DNA of 18,805 nucleotides from Nitrospira japonica (GTDB lineage Bacteria; Nitrospirota; Thermodesulfovibrionia; Thermodesulfovibrionales; SM23-35): NCBI GenBank assembly GCA_020725385.1, contig DYFC01000037.1, positions 1 to 18,805 of the forward strand, read 5' to 3'. Shown piece by piece: positions 18,336 to 18,805 of this stretch (position 1 is its first letter; each line of letters starts with the position of its first letter). The notes under the pieces were generated by a model. It saw only the letters and a program-made list of their open reading frames with translations, ran no database searches and was not told where the DNA came from. The position numbers and the translations under genes were made by a program.

Positions 18336-18715
18336 TGGCTTGTGAATATTCAAGATCCCGAACATCTTTTTTTGCATTCGATGCGGGGTCCTTTATTTGA
18401 ATCTTTTGTTATCAGTGAAATGATTAAAAAAAGGTTTAACAATGGATTACCCTCTAATGTCTTTTTTGGAGAGACAATCCCAGTAATGAGATTGACGTAT
18501 TAATTGAAAAGGGAGAAATATTAACACCAATTGAAATAAAATCCGGGACAACTGTAACCTCTGATTATTATTCAGGTATAAGGAAATGGTTGAATATTAC
18601 TCATTGCGTTACATGTAAACCATACATTGTCTATAGCGGTAATGACTCATATACGAGAAAGGGTATAAAGAAACGGGTCTCTTTTTTCTCCTTCTCCATG
18701 GCTTGTTCCCCTTAA
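18336..18715 (+). pseudogene. Remnant of AAA ATPase/DUF4143 gene (C-terminal PD-(D/E)xK-like part only, frameshifted)
   Basis: WLVNIQDPEHLFLHSMRGPLFESFVISEMIKKRFNNGLPSNVFF, then after a 1-nt shift in T6 (18462-18467) WRDNPSNEIDVLIEKGEILTPIEIKSGTTVTSDYYSGIRKW...IVYSG. In-frame TAA at 18330-18332 upstream; no ATPase N-terminus. Confidence 0.8.
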
Positions 18716-18799
18716 CCTGTTGATGTCATAACCTGAATGAGGACATATTACCTGTTGCCTCACATAAAAATCTAAACGAAAAGTTTCTCTGTTGCCTCA
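18715..18799. repeat. Direct repeats CTGTTGCCTCA at the window edge
   Basis: Exact 11-mers at 18752-18762 and 18789-18799; degenerate copy CCTGTTGATGTCA at 18716-18728. Confidence 0.6.
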
Positions 18800-18805
18800 T
18801 TAAAA

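Noticed and set aside
18715-18805. CRISPR array
   Set aside because: The repeats are only 11 bp with a period of about 36 nt, too short for repeat plus spacer, and no cas genes are in view.

Overview
Bases 1-11589 hold the conserved bacterial transcription/translation cluster on the + strand: the 3' end of tuf, rpmG, tRNA-Trp(CCA), secE, nusG, rplK, rplA, rplJ, rplL, rpoB and rpoC, closed by an intrinsic terminator. The cluster is very tightly packed. The tRNA overlaps the rpmG stop codon, rplJ appears to start at CTG with no room for an L10 leader, and rpoC starts at TTG. From memory the proteins resemble Nitrospirota (Thermodesulfovibrionia-like) sequences, which I could not verify. rpsL-rpsG-fusA does not follow rpoC. 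Instead there is an AT-rich accessory region. It begins with a 1320-aa secreted mosaic protein: a Zn-dependent phospholipase C/P1-nuclease-like domain, FN3, two duplicated Ig-like domains, CARDB, a carboxypeptidase-regulatory-like domain, an unassigned beta domain and a YVTN-like propeller. Two convergent candidate type II toxin-antitoxin pairs follow. The first has an apparently frameshifted toxin upstream of DUF2283, and the second has antitoxin and RelE-like toxin in the same reading frame. The spacer between them carries nested REP-like palindromes. A frameshifted DUF4143 remnant and a repeated motif lie at the window edge. All family calls come from motif recognition by eye, and no database searches were run.
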